From positions 58,962,001 through 59,026,000 of the forward strand of contig CM060732.1 of the NCBI GenBank assembly GCA_030704615.1: 64,000 nt of DNA, in the 5' to 3' direction. Below the pieces are notes generated by a model. It worked only from the letters and a program-made list of their open reading frames with translations, did not search any database and was not told the DNA's origin. Within the stretch, counting starts at the first letter, position 1, and each line of letters opens with the position of its first letter. Source of the stretch: Takakia lepidozioides (Eukaryota; Plantae; Bryophyta). Positions 25,963 to 40,236 of this stretch are shown one piece after another. The position numbers and the translations under genes are program-made.

Positions 25963-26483
25963 ACATGGGGAACAATTATCATTGACAGGGAATGACTGTG
26001 TGGGAACAACATCTGCAGAGGGAACGTGTTACTTCAGGGGTGACGGTTAGTTAGTTAGTTAGGTGGTTAGAACAACTTGCGGGTAGATTAGGCAGAGCGG
26101 CAACAGGAAGGGGATCACTACTGGAGGAGGGTGACTTGTTCAAGGGAGGAGGAGACGTAACGGAGAGTGGAAACAATGAAGAGGAGATGATGACTTGATT
26201 GAGGTTTAATTCATGCAAGCTGTAAAATTATACAGTAGGGTAGATTAAGGACACCATGGCATAGGCATGATACATGATTAATCTTAATCCGATACTGAAT
26301 CGATACAAACATACTGTGTAGAGAGACACGAGAGAAGCTGTGGAATGAATGCATGATTAATTGGAACTTAGTAGATACTGAAGCAATCTGATGCTTCAGT
26401 ATACACGGTAAGGTAATTTGATAACATGAAGGCAGGAAGGAATACAAGTAGGAAGCACAACCATGATTCACTAGCTGTAGGTC

Positions 26484-27179
26484 ATGACTGATTGTTCTGA
26501 GCGGGCTGAGTGCTTAGAGATATCCAACTCTTCTATCTGGGAGTTTCCACCTCGGATAGCGAAGGGATGGGTGAGTAAAAGCCGCTCGACATTTGGCGAC
26601 CATACTGGGGAACTGGGTCATGAACAACCAGATGTGACAGGCATCTGGTGGGATCATGGTGGTTGGAGAATTAAATAATTTGATGTGAATCAAATTCCCT
26701 GTGGAACTGAGAAGGAAAGATTGTCCAAACAATTCTTTCAGAGGTTCTTGGAATTACCAAACGGTTGTAAAGAAAACATTCTTAAGAGAGTGCATGATGC
26801 TGACCCTGAGTGGGGTCTAGAGAAAGGAGTGATAAAGAATTATCAGGTGGCCTGTAGAGGAAGAGCACGTTGGTTACCAACACTGGTTTATGTGATAGCA
26901 TTGCTATCCATTAAGCGAGTAGAGTTTGAAGGCTGGGTGGAAAGGAAGGTGAATGTTTATACTCATATGCATGAGGAACTTGTACTGGTAAAGAATTGGA
27001 TTCCAAAGGATATTCTGTGGATCAAACTCACACCAAGAACAACTTTTCATACTTGTTTGCCATATGGTTATATGGTAACGGAGACTTCTAATATAGCCAA
27101 GGGTGCATTGAAGCTTGAAAGAAACCCAGGCATATACGAGAGATACTACAGAAGAGAGTTTTGGTTATTGCCACATTAA
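26484..27179 (+). pseudogene. Family X ORF0: unknown 231-aa protein upstream of gag (one in-frame stop in this copy)
   Basis: The same frame is conserved in three copies (26484-27179, 33327-~33990, 49000-49695), each with a different lesion. Confidence 0.75.
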
Positions 27180-27199
27180 AGAAATGAAAGACATGGGAC

Positions 27200-30100
27200 A
27201 TAAGTGATGAAAGAGAAGCTAGACTCCAGAGATATTCAGCAAAAAGAGAAAGTTATCTGAAAGCTAATTATCCATATCTTTGGGAGAGAGTAATAGACAT
27301 AGAGGAATCATCTGGACCTCTCACACCATTAAGATCAGAGAGTACATCACCCATACCGGAAGAACTAGAGTTGGATGCCACTCCTTCTTTTTCTTTGCAA
27401 GAAAGATTAAGGGATTTGGTACAGGAAGAAGATCAACCACGAGGTGAAAGATTTGAGGTACATCCCTGGATAAAAGATTTGACAGAAATCTTTGATAAGA
27501 GTTGGCATGGAACACCAAAAGTAGGAACTCCAGTTTCTGAAACAGAAGATGAAGAAGGAGGAGGAGAGGATGTGGCAGAGCCAACGGAGAGTTCAAACTC
27601 TCCAACACCATTGCAATTGAGTTACATGAGTGAAGAAGAAGAAACCCAAGGGCAGAACTTGGAAGATGAAAACAGGGAGAAGAAATTGAAAGATGAAGAG
27701 TATGAAGAAGTAGACCCAGCAGCTGAGGTTGAGACTACAACCAGAACACCCCAACCCGTTGGACCTGGATCAAGTGGAGCACTTGGATCACAGGCCAAGG
27801 AAGGTGTCGACTCAGGGGGATCAGGCGGGCAACCTGGATCTAGCTCTGGGGGGACAGGGAGTGTGGGAAGTAGTGCAACTGGAGCTGGGAATACTGTGAA
27901 TATAGTGAGGCCAGTAGCATGGAGTGCTCAGGGGCCAGAACTTGGTGGAAGTTCCACCACAACTACCACAGGTCCTCAAGGACCAGCACCAGCAAGGGGG
28001 CCAGCACCTGTCAGTGGGCAGGGGGTAGGGCCACAGATTGCGTTACAACCAACACAGGCAAAACCACCTTTTCCAATATATTCAGGAAAAGGGGATCCTG
28101 ATGTACACATCAGCCAATTTGAGCACATGTGTATTGTGAACAATGAGAATGGCGATGATACCAAGATGAGATTGTTTCCTTGTTCACTTATAAAGAAAGC
28201 AAGTGAATGGTATGCAAGATTCCCTGATAATCATTTCCTAACCTGGAATGGCTTGAATACAACATTTCGAAATAGGTTCATGACAAGTAAAACTGAGGAT
28301 GAAGTGTATGGAAGTTTACAACAGTTAAAGCAAAAGAAACATGAAACTGTTGAGGAGTATATGGAAAAGATGGAATTGATGATGAAAAAGTTGGCTGCTG
28401 TACCAGCACCAGGTTTACAGAAGACTTGGTTTGTGAGTGGACTAAGACCAGAGTTGCAAAAGAAAGTGGATATGTTACCCCATAATACAATGGAGGAGGC
28501 ATTTGAAACAGCGAACAGAATTGAGCAATTGGGAATGCTCAGGAGAAAGAAAAGGGATGATAAGGACTCTGAGGATGAGTCAGATGAGGAAGAAGAGCAA
28601 GAGCTTAAGAGGAAGAGTAAGAGGAAGGAAAAGTTGAAGAGGGATAACTATGAGAAAAAATTAGAAGAAATCTTGAAGAAGTATGCCACAGCGGCTGCAA
28701 CACATTGGAGGAAGGGTGTTTGGTGTGCAAAATGCCAGAATGAAGGCCATACCACCACTGAATGCCACATGAAGGAGAAACACTGTACTATCTGTAAATG
28801 GATAACCATTCTACTGAGAATTGTTACTACAACAGAAGGACAGCTGCAAGAGAACCTAGGCAAGTAAGGGTGCATCAACTGCAGCCCCAGCCAAGAAGAA
28901 ACAGTGATCAGGACCACTATGGTAGGCCTGGTGGTTATAACAATGGCATGGAAGGGAGAGGTAATCCAAGAGGGAATTACCAAGGAAATTCCACAGGCAA
29001 CTATCAAGGTAATCCAAGGGGGAATTACCAGCCAGGGAATCAGGATTACAGAAACAATCCCAGAACATACCAAGGGCGAGGACCTAATGGGGAAGAACTG
29101 TGTTACTATTGTAATCAGGCAGGACATCGCAAGGCAGCCTGTCCATTCTGGATCAGACACCAGAATGAGATGAGAGCTCCTGCGAATGAGGGGCCAGTGG
29201 TGGCAGCTCACATGGTTAGGCCATGTGTTGTACCAGAAGTAAGTACAATGATAGTAACCAGAAGCAAAGCCAAATTAATACCTCAAGTAGATGAGGAAGA
29301 TGATGATAATGAAGATGGCAGTGATGTGCCTAAAGATAATGAGGCTTGGAGAGATGAGAAAGAACTGCACAAAGAAGTGGCAGATACCATAAGGGAAATG
29401 CAGAAGAGTACTGATATTCCTATGGCAGATTCCTCTGATTCTGAAAGAGAAGAGGAAGTGAGTGAGGATAAAGGGAAGAAAGAAGCTGCAGAAATGCAGA
29501 GTAATGAAGGGACTTTGGCTGAAGTAATATGCCAGTCCAAAGCGGAGATTACCATTGGACAGCTATTGGCTGTGGCACCTTATTGTAGACACATGCTGTA
29601 TCAAGCAATCAATCGGATTGCCCATGTGACAGGGAACACAGACCTGAACAGCAAGGTGACCAGTTATAATGTGAAGCCGGAAGGGCGAGAAACAGTCATG
29701 GACTTTGATGATTCTATGCCAGTAATCCAATTGAGAATTGGAAGCACAGAACTAACTGATGTACTAATAGATGGAGGCTCTAGAGTGAATATCATGACAG
29801 ACCAATTAAGGCAGAAGCTTGGTCTAAGTAACATGAAACCAGTCCCATTTACAGTAACAATGGCAGATCAAAGAAGTGTTCAGCCATCGGGATTGATAAG
29901 AGGAGTTAAGATACAGATTCAAAAGATGATCTTTAAGATCACAGTAACTGTGTTGAAAATGGATGAAGTCATGGAAGCTTACTCCTTATTGTTGGGTCGA
30001 CCGTGGCTGAAATAGGCCAGGGCATTCCATACTGGAATTCCCAGTTACTAACTGTGCATGATGGGATGCACAAGATACAAATCACCACTAAGAAATCTAG

Positions 30101-31296
30101 TAGATTACCTGTTACGAGAAGACCTCGAGGGGTCAGGGAGTATGACTGGAGGGGAGGACTTGATGAGGAGCAGGAAGCTACCCTGTTCTACCCATAGTGG
30201 GAGCAGGTTGCAGAGATGCAACTGGAAGGCCTAAGTTGTTTAAAAGGTATCTGCTGTGGTGTAGTGACAGCAACACCAATTGAGGGTGAAACAAGCAGTT
30301 ACCCACCACATTTCTATGAAGAAAGAGAGGGAGAAATGGAAATCCTGGAGGAACCAGCCACTGTGAGTTTACAGGATGAAGTGGTGACTGGTTGGACAAT
30401 CACAGCTGATGAGCAGGTGAGAGAAGTGAATGTGGGAATTGAAGAGGAACCGAGGATGGTGAAGGTAGGGGCTGATTTGGAGCCAGACTTCTTTGAGGAA
30501 GCTAAGAGTCTGTTCATCAAATACAGAGATGTATTTGCTTGGAGCTACGAGGATCTGAAAGGGATACCACCTGAGATCTGTCAGCATAAGATTATACTGG
30601 AACCAGGGTCAGTACCAATCAAACAGGCAAGGTACAGAATGAATCCCAACTATGCACAGAAGGTTGGGGAAGAGATCAAGAAGTTGGCTGAGGCTAAGTT
30701 TATATACCCGATAGAGTATACAACTTGGTTGTCACCCATTGTGATAGTTCCCAAGAAGAATGGTAAACTAAGAGTTTGTGTGAACTATAAGAAGTTGAAT
30801 GCTTGTACGAAGAAAGATCCTTTCCTTTTGCCATTCACAGAAGCGGTATTGGACACTGTGGCAGGCCATGAGATGTACTCATTCATGGATGGCTTCAGTG
30901 GTTAAAATCAAGTGCAAGTGGCAGAAGAAGACCAAGGAAAGACAGCTTTCATCACAGACTGGGGTGCTTATGCATACAAAATCATGCCTTTTGGACTTTG
31001 TAATGCACCAGCAACCTTTTAGAGAGTGATAAGTGAATCTTTTCATGAGTATCTGGATGATTTCATGCAGGTGTTCTTGGATGATTTCAGTGTGTACAGC
31101 TTGAGCACTTGCATAAATTGGAGTTATGTTTGGCCAGATGCAGGATGAGAGGTCTGGGCCTGAATCCAGAGAAGTGTACTTTCTGTGTGAACTCATGGGT
31201 GATTTTGGGACACATTGTGTGTAAGAGGGGACTTCTTATGGATCCCAGAAAGACAGAGGCCATTAAAGCCTCTCCACCACCAGTAAATGTTAAGAG
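27200..31296 (+). pseudogene. Family X gag-pol (capsid, three CCHC knuckles, aspartic protease, RT), frameshifted
   Basis: YSGKGDPDVHISQFE/LFPCSL; CAKCQNEGHTTTEC, CTICKMDNHSTENC, CYYCNQAGHRKAAC; VLIDGGSRVN; WLSPIVIVPKKNGKLRVCVNYKKLN; VFLDDF. Confidence 0.92.
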
Positions 31297-34200
31297 TGTG
31301 AGCTGCCACCACTGGGCCCTCATTCACAGGAGCTCTCATCTCATTCTGGTGTCTGATCCAGAACAGACAGGCTGCCTTATGATGTCCTGCCTGATTACAA
31401 TAGTAACACAGTTCTTCCCCATTAGGTCCTCGCCCTTGGTATGTTCTGGGATTGTTTCTATAATCCTGATTCCCTGGCTGGTAATTCCCCCTTAGATTAC
31501 TCTGATAGTTGCCTCTAGGATTGCCTTGGTAATTCCCTCTTGGATTATCTCTCCCTTCCATACCATTGTTATAACCACCAGACCTACCATAGTGGTCCTG
31601 ATCATTGTTCCTTCTTGGCTGGGGCTACACTTGATGCACCCTTACTTGCCTAGGTTCTCTTGCAGTTGTCATTCTGTTGTAATAACAATTCTCAGTAAAA
31701 TGGTTATCTATTTTACAGATAGTACAGTGTTTCTCCTTCATGTGGCATTCAGTGGTGGTATGGCCTTCATTCTAGCATTTTGCACACCAAACACCCTTCT
31801 TCCAATGTGTTACAGCCTCTGTAGCATACTTCTTCAAAATTTCCTCTAATATTTTCTCATAGTTATCCCTCTTCAACTTTTCCTTCCTCTTACTCTTCCT
31901 CTTGAGCTCTTGCTCTTCTTCCTCATCTGACTCATTCTCAGAGTCCTCATCATCCCTTTTCTCTCTCCTGAGCATTCCCAATTGCTCAATTCTGTTAGCT
32001 GTTTCAAATGCTTCCTCCACCGTATTATGGGGTAACATATCCACTTTCTTTTGCAACTCTGGTCTTAGTCCACTCACAAACCAAGTCTTCTGTAATCCTG
32101 GTGCTGGTACAGCAGCCAACTTTTTCATCATTAATTCCATCTTTTCCATGTACTCCTCAACAGTTTCATGCTTCTTTTGCTTTAACTGTTGTAAACTTCC
32201 ATACACTTCATCCTCAGTTTTACTTGTTCTGAACCTATTTCGAAATGTTGTACTTAAGCCATTCCAGGTTAGGAAATGATTATCAGAGAATCTTGCATAC
32301 CATTCACTTGCTTTCTTTATGAGTGAACAAGGAAACAGTCTCATCTTGGCATCATCGCCATTCTCATTGTTCACAATACACATGTGCTCAAATTGGCTAA
32401 TGTGTACATCAGGATCCCATTTCCCTGAATATATTGGAAAATGTGGTTTTGCCCGTGTTGGTTGTAACGCCATCTATGGCCCTACCCCCTGCCCACTGAC
32501 AAGTGCTGGCCCCCTTGCTGGTGCTGGTCCTTGAGGACCTGTTGTAGTTGTGGTGGAACTTCCACCAAGTGCTGGCCCCTGAGCACTCCCTGCTACTGGC
32601 CCCACTATATTCACAGTATTCCCAGCTCCAGTTGCACTACTTCCCACACTCCCTGTCCCCCCAGAGCCAGATCCAGGTTGCCCGCCTAATCCCCCTGAGC
32701 CGACACCTTCGTTGGCCTGTGATCTAAGTGCTCCACTTGATCCAGGTCCAACAGGTTGGGATGTCCTGGTTGTAGTCTCAACCTCAGCTGTTGGGTCTAC
32801 TTCTTCATACTCTTCATCTTCCAATTTTTTCTCTCTGTTTTCATCTTCCAAGTTCTGCCCTTGGGTTTCTTCTTCTTCACTCATGTAACTCAATTGCAAT
32901 GGTGTTGGAGAGTCTGAACTCTCCGTTGGCTCTGCCACATCCTCTACTCCTTCTTCGTCTTCCGTTTCAGAAACTGGAGTTCCTGCTTTTGGTGTTCCAT
33001 GCCAACTCTTATCAAAGATTTCTGTCAAATCTTTTATCCAGGGATGTACCTCAGATCTTTCACCTCGTGGTTGATCTTCTTCCTGTACCATTCCCTTAAT
33101 CTTTCTTGCAAAGAAAAAGAAGGAGTAGCATCCAACTCTAGCTCTTCCGGTATGGGTGATGTACTCTTTGATCTTAACGGTGTGAGAGGTCCAGATGAGT
33201 CCCCTATGTCTATTCCTCTCTCCCAAAGATATGGATAATTAGCTTTCAGATAACTTTCTCTTTTTGCTGAATATCTCTGGAGTCTAGCTTCTCTTTCATC
33301 ACTCATGTCCTATGTCTTTCATTTCTTTAATGAGGCAATAACCAAAACTCTCTTCTGTAGTATCTCTCGTATATGCCTGGGTTTCTTTCAAGCTTTAATG
33401 CACCCTTGGCTATACTAGAAGTCTCCGTTACCATATAACCATATGACAAACAAGTCTGAAAAGCTGTTCTTGGTGTGAGTTTGATCCACAAAATATCATT
33501 AGGAATCCAATTCTTTACCAGTACAAGCTCTTCATGCATATGAGTGTAAACATTCACTTTCCTTTCCTCCCAGCCTTCAAACTCTACTCGCTTAATGGAT
33601 AGCAATGCTATCACATAAACCAGTGTTGGTAACCAACGTGCTCTTCCTCTACATGCCACTTGATAAATCTTTATCACTCCTTTCTCCAGACCCCACTCAG
33701 GGTCAGCATCATGCACTCTCTTAAGAATGTTTTCTTTACAACCGTCTGGCAATTCCAAGAACCTCTGAAAGAATTGTTTGGACAATCTTTCCTTCTCAGT
33801 TTCACAGGGAATTTGATTCACATCAAATTATTTAATTCTCCAACCACCATGATCCCACCAGATGCCTGTCACATCTGGTTGTTCATGACCCAGTTCCCCA
33901 GTATGATCGCCAAATGTCGAGCGGCTTGGAAATTCCAAGATAGAAGAGTTGGATATCTCTAAGCACTCAGCCCGCTCAGAACAATCAGTACAGCTAGTGA
34001 ATCATGGTTGTGCTTTCTATTTTTATTCCTTCTTGCCTTCATGTTATCAATTTACTTTACTGTGTATATTGAAGCATCAGATTGCTTCAGTATCTACCAA
34101 GTTTCCAATAAATCATGCATTCATTCCACAGCTTCTCTCATGTCTCTCTACAGAGTATGTTTGTATCGAATAAGTATCAGATTAAGATTAATCAAGTATC

Positions 34201-34893
34201 AGGCCTATGCCATAGTGTCCCTATTCTACCCTACTGTATGATTCTACAGCTTGCATGAATTAAGCCTCAATCAAGTCATCATCTCCTCTTCACTGTTCCA
34301 CTCTCCGTTTCGTCTCATCCTCCCCTAACCAAGTCGCATTCCTCAAGAAGTGATCCTGTGAAGTGATCCCCTTCCTGTTGCCGCCCTGCCTAATCTACCC
34401 GCAAGCTGTTCTAACCACCTAACTAACTAACCGTCACCCCTGAAGTAACACATTCCCTCTGCAAATGTCGTTCCCACACAGTCGTTCCCTGTCAATGATA
34501 ACCGTTCCCCATGTACGCTGTGACAGGCTGTGTCAAGCTGTGACTGTGCTGAGCTGTGACTGGCTGTGCAAAGCTGTGTCGGGCTATGTCAGACTGTGAC
34601 GGGCTGTGACTGGCTGTGCGAAGTTGTGTCGGGCTGTGTCAGACTGTGACGGGTTGTGACTGGCTGTGCGAAGCTGTGTCGGGCTGTGTCAGACTGTGAC
34701 GGGCTGTGACTGGCTGTGCGAAGCTGTGTCGGGCTGTGTCGGGCTGTGTGGGCTGTCCAACCCCCCTAAAGCTTGCGCCTACCACCCCTAAGGCTCCTAT
34801 TGGTCTCCGTCTACCATCCGTAAGTCTGTGCAAAAATTAAGGGTACCGCACAGAACTCGTAAAAGCGTCTAAGTCCCAAGCAGCCCTCTAACA
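31297..34893 (-). mobile_element. Family X copy 2 (terminus, ORF0, gag), inverted and fused tail-to-tail to copy 1
   Basis: Ends ...CAGCCCTCTAACA at 34893; colinear with 25620-29211. Confidence 0.92.
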
Positions 34894-37800
34894 AGGTGCA
34901 ATGGACGTTGTAAGGCAGGTTAGGAGAATCGGTGGACACTCAACACACTTGGCAGAAAGCATAAAGTGGTAAAGGACTGGATGGATGAATCTAATGATTC
35001 ATCCATTAGATTCGTTCATCCAGATATCTCTCGTCTCTTTTCGGCTCTTCTCTCTTCTCTCCCTTGTCTCGCACTCTCTTTTGCAATTCGCAGCTTCAAG
35101 TTTCTAGGCATTTTGAGGAAAACTGTCACTTCCATGCAGACCTTGAACCTTAGGTTCACTATTGGACCTGCCTAGCCCTAGTCCACCTGCTACCTGATCT
35201 TCTTTGGAGACCTGACCAAGGTTGTTGCTGTCAGAAGCAGTGGACAGGTTTTAGAGAAGGACAAGGTTGATAGTTGAATATTCCCTCTCTCATCTCTCAT
35301 AGCTAGGCATGTGATAGAGAGAGAGAGAGCTCTAGTCTTGTTCATTTAGGAACTAATGATTTCTTTTTCTTTTCATGTCTATTTTCGGTGCTATTGATTT
35401 TTTAGCTGAGAGAGACTTCAAGAAATTTAAAGAACTTAGGTTAAACCTTGGAGATTTTGAAGACTGAACTAGAAGAACACAGGTTCACTCCCTCACTGCA
35501 GCAACATCTGTCCTCATATTCTTTTTCTGTCCCATTGCTTACTGCAAAGGGAAGGGTAAGCATTCTTCCAAATACTCTTCTTGACAATTTGCCTTATCAT
35601 GCTCAGAGAAGACTTATCAAGTAAGTCTAGCCTTGAAATTGTTTCCTTGACTTGTCTATGTTGTTTTTTAATTTGTATCTTGATTTCATTCTTTGTATAT
35701 GGGGGCTTTTGAATGGTTGTTCTTTTCCTGCATCTCCTCTCGTGAAGAAGTGATTTTAACTTATTGCGTCCTTAGATTTGTGTGGTGTAGTGGTCTATGT
35801 TCGTCTTTCAACTCGCCTTTTCCAAAATGAAGGTTGAAATCAAAGCTGAGATGTCAGTGTGCTTCTTTCATCTGTAGTGCGATGGTTTTGCTCTGTCTAG
35901 GTCTATTGATGTAACTTCAATCTTTATTCTCCCTCCCTGCAGTCGCCTTGTTTTCACTGTTTTTTCCTTCATGCAGCCCTTTCTAATGCAATTCCTGTCT
36001 TTAAGTCTCACATTTTGTAATCATTTTCAGAAACGTCTGATCTAGTGTACTGGATGGTGCACAAGGGGCCCTGTAAATGTTCCCTCATGGACCAGAATGT
36101 AAAATCAAAGATTTTAACCTGTCCCTTTAGATACCCGTATGAGAAAATTCGGTGTATGTGGAAAAACAAATGGTATTCATACATCTCCAAAGGAGCATGT
36201 GATTCCCAACTGTGAAAACTACACAATATCCTACTCTGCCTTCAAGAGGTAAACTTTGAGTTGTGGGAAAATCAATTTTATTCACACTTAGCATTAATTT
36301 CACATTAATTACAGCATTAATTTCACAGAATTAAGGACTACTGAAGTACTTAATTATGGGAAGGAAATCCAAATATTTTCAAAACATCGAAATATGTTCA
36401 CCGCCGTTTTTTTTTTTATCCACTTTTCCATGAACATTTCGATATGAAACGTTCGTTCGACATGAACGTTCATTCCACAGAGCTTCCATCCACCAGCTTA
36501 GGCATCAGCTCTTTCTCGTATGAGCCATGTCCAAGGACACCAAAACCTCCAAAACCCCTGCAAGCATGAAGACATTGAAGACCACAAAATTGAGAACACA
36601 ACCACTCTGACCTTATAAGAACTACATATGCCTATGCCTGTGTGCAATACACTCATAGACGATTATGTATAAAGTTGGCTATGGTCTCAATTTGCAACAT
36701 AAGATTTCAAGTAATACTCCATGATCCTTCCACCATGTTTGAACACTGTAAATACGGGTGCCTGTTTCCAGATCTTAAACCTTAGGTACTGGAGAAAAAG
36801 AGAAACCCAATTGCCAAAAAACAAACTACCTGCACGTTGCTGGAGGAGACCACATGCAATTGAATCACAAGAGAGGGCCTGCATTGCGGATCTACATTCC
36901 TGTTTGCAGCAAAAGGAGAAAAATAAATTGCCATGATCGTTGCCACCTCTAAATGGGGAACAGAACTCTAGACAACATCAAACAAAGGATTTCAGAGCTT
37001 TCCACAATAAGAAAGATTCACTAGACTCCAGGCATAGGCCATGATTTGCTCCAGCAGCCACTGCGATCGCATTACACGGCAAGTCTGATTCTCTCCCCAT
37101 GAATACAAGTCCACCTGACTCTGCCAAAACAAAACAACCCGCAGGTCTTCATCAAAGTATTGATATGTTGTTTAGTTTGTGGACTTAAACAGAGAGAGAA
37201 GAGATTTTGCTCAAGGTGTGAGTATGACCCATATGTATGAAGCAAGAGGCACATGGTAGACCTCCCTCCATAAACTCCCAGATAAAGCAAGAGGCAAATT
37301 GTCTATACCAGTAACAGTTGCTGTCCAGGAGCTTCCAATCTCCTCAGGAGAAAAGTAGATATCGCAGTTAAAACCCAGCCTCGAGGGATCCCAGGTGGCT
37401 TTGCTTGGCACGCCAAGGCTGGAAGCTGTGTAGAATTGGTTCCATAAGTGTGATTATGCATCCTTTCACCACAAGGAGAACACAAAAGTTATAACATGAG
37501 ATAGACAAAGTCAAAACCAACCTGTAGGAATGTAGATGGTGCCCCTCCGCCACCAGTAGCCTTGTATGTATGTGTGGGCTGCCAGTGGGGCAGATTTTGT
37601 TGGGTTCAAATCCCTCTCACACAAGACTGTAGGCAGGTTTGTGTGGGGCTGTTGGGCTGCCCTTCAGTCTGTAGATATCTCCCCAACTTGGCTATAGGAA
37701 AAGATGAAGTAGTGCAGTTGCTCATCTCGATAGTGGATCCGTTGACCCACAGGGGAATGTCCCATCCTTGTTTGCACCCCCGCTTGGCTGGGGGACTAAC

Positions 37801-37942
37801 ACCTACAGCAATGACTCGCAATGCAACATAAACAAAACACAGAAAGGGGACAAACAAAACCACTAAACAAACGCAGACGATTGCTGGCCAAGCAGGACTG
37901 AAAACAAATAACTCAAAGCTGTCTGCTCTCACTATCATAGAC

Positions 37943-38086
37943 TTGCGGGTATAGCTGCCAGCGCATAAGACTGATGGGACCCAGCTCCAGATCCAAGTGA
38001 ACCTCATGCAGTGTCTCATTGATGGCGGCCAGCTTGTCTCTCAGCATCCAGAACTCATGGAAGTACGCAGTTGGGTAATAGTTTCC
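37943..38086 (-). pseudogene. CLPTM1: Isolated CLPTM1-family exon
   Basis: GNYYPTAYFHEFWMLRDKLAAINETLHEVHLDLELGPISLMRWQLY, bounded by AG/GT. Confidence 0.8.
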
Positions 38087-38481
38087 CTGTGCTCTCACCA
38101 AACTTAAGGTCTGCATATCCTTGCATCAAGGAAGCGCCTTCATCAATCTCCTTCCATCAAAAAGCTGAAAGGCGAAATCAAAAGTTAATGGCAATTTGCC
38201 TTCAGAAGGGCATGAGTACAAATCCCCCAAACAGCCCTGTCTTAGCCCACGCTTGTCCTAACTATCTCTCCTTGAGCACCAAACAATCAAAATGTTGATT
38301 TGTGACTTTCAAAATCATTGCATATTCAGTGCAACCCCCTGGGTATTGCAATTTCATTTTTTGAATTGAGAATTGAAAGTACTGCAAAGACTTCATCATC
38401 GCAGAAAAATGAGACAGACTTACAATATCCAGGAAGGAAGAGGTAGAGATTAATACCAACAGTGTGCAAATATCTAAGTCA

Positions 38482-40236
38482 TCATCGCGAGCCACCGTCC
38501 TGCCATGCCCACTCAATGGGTTCCCCATGGCGGCGACGTGTAACTTGGGCATCATACAACCTTCTCTCAAGAGAATGCCACGATCTGGTGCTCATAATTC
38601 CAGAGGCCCTGTATCTCTTGAGGGGGCCACCAGACACGCGGCCAACAGCTTCCAACATGCACAATTCCACCTCCCTGACGAAGTAGTCTTGCTTTGCAAG
38701 TGGCCCTGGTGCGATTGCTTTCCTCATAGTTTCTTCTTCCTCGGGAGAATCACTTGTGAACCTTGCTTCAGACACGCTCCTCACCACTGCCACCGAGAGC
38801 GACTTAGGGGTGCTAATATTCCTAACCATCACAACATCCCCTATTTCCGGATAAGGAGGGCAGCGACCGGGCATGCCTTGTTGGAATAGATGGTCCCGTG
38901 GTGAGATATCCTCCATCTCGTATGCAACAAGAATCCCAGTATTCTGCCCTACCAAAGGCATTGGAATGAATTTGTGCATTAGAAGATGGGAAGGCCTGAT
39001 ATCATTTCCAGGCCACCTTTGTGGACAGGGTTGTAAGACGACAATACCAGTACAGCTGTGCTTAAGCGCTACAGCAGACGATGATGGTGATGTTGCAATG
39101 TTGTAGTACTGGCCTTGGAAGAAAACTCGCCTGTCACCATAAAACTCGTGAATGAAAAACCGGGTGATCTGGGCCTTCCATGTCCACGAGTGGCCTTCAT
39201 AAGGCTCGTCAGGCTCAACGATAACAGAGTCACCAACTCGATATTCATTCCCTTGTGACAACAAAAAGAGAAATCTTGCACTAAGTTCTGAAAGAGTGCT
39301 GCATTTCCATCTGTCATGACACCAAGGCTGCTCCAAAATCGTTGCAAGTACAAACCCATGTCTTCTGAGATGGTTGTTTGAGGGCACTTCTTCTTCCCCA
39401 CAACGATGCCCTTCCTAATTAAGATTTGCTTACATGAGCAATGTGGCAGCCATTGTACCGATTTCCAAACCACCCGAGCAATCTCCTGAGATGGAACCAC
39501 CACTACACAGTCTTGATGCCATGGTTCGCAGACTGTCAAATCTTTGCTCATCACACGACGCACATCCTTAGGAACTTGAAGGTACTTGTGAACCTCTGCT
39601 AATGCCCTAATGCCTGGAAGTAAGCCATCGTAATCAAGTTGCACAGCCTTGTGAACTTTGGTGAACCAAAGTCTCGAAAAATAATCGCTGTAGGTCACCT
39701 CGCTGTTAATCTGGTTTGATGAAATGTTCACAACATTTGAGACTTCTCTCTCAAAGGGGTAGCACCAATAGACATCGTGACACCCATGCCTCATTACATC
39801 GTCCAGGATCTCACCACTACCTGTACAAAAACAAATCAAAACATTCATGAATAAGCCAGTAAGCACCGAAGTACCTTCATGCATCACATTGCTTAAAAGA
39901 GCACTCAACGACAATGGGTATGTACATCACCTGCTACGTGTTCAAGTGGAGAGGAATTGGGACCAGCACTCTCTTCCATTCTGATGCGCCATGCTGCTAG
40001 GAGCTGTCTCGCATTTTGCATTCCCTTGAGTGTCCACCCATACTTTCTACTGTGACTGAAAAAAAGACTTGCGCACCCAAATGTCTGTACACTGTACTTT
40101 TAGGCAACCATTTTGAACCTTGACAAATTGTGCAAAAACATTGCATTAAGCGTGTGGAACTTGATGAAGCTCCCTCTTGCACATTGCTACCTATTCCTTG
40201 CTCCATACCCCTGCACACCTCAAATAAGTACATCAA
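38482..40236 (-). mobile_element. EnSpm/CACTA-superfamily transposase remnant with a BAH-like C-terminal domain; catalytic core deleted
   Basis: N-terminal CFCTIC...STVYRHL; HGCHDVYWCYPFEREV (W..PFER motif); EYRVGDSVIVEPDEP...WKAQITRFF. Confidence 0.65.

Larger units (their letters stand above)
25620..31296 (+). mobile_element. Ty3/gypsy-type 'family X' copy 1: terminal repeat, CACAGC array, ORF0, gag, protease, RT (3'-truncated)
   Basis: Starts TGTTAGAGGGCTGCTTGGG; gag, protease and RT motifs as listed below. Confidence 0.9.

Noticed and set aside
25620-34893. One complete TIR element
   Set aside because: Both ends are left (gag-proximal) ends of two diverged copies, and there is no TSD.
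34977-35023. 20-bp-stem hairpin sharing TTCATCCA motifs with 19030-19270
   Set aside because: The hairpin is real, but too little sequence to assign a function or link the two loci.
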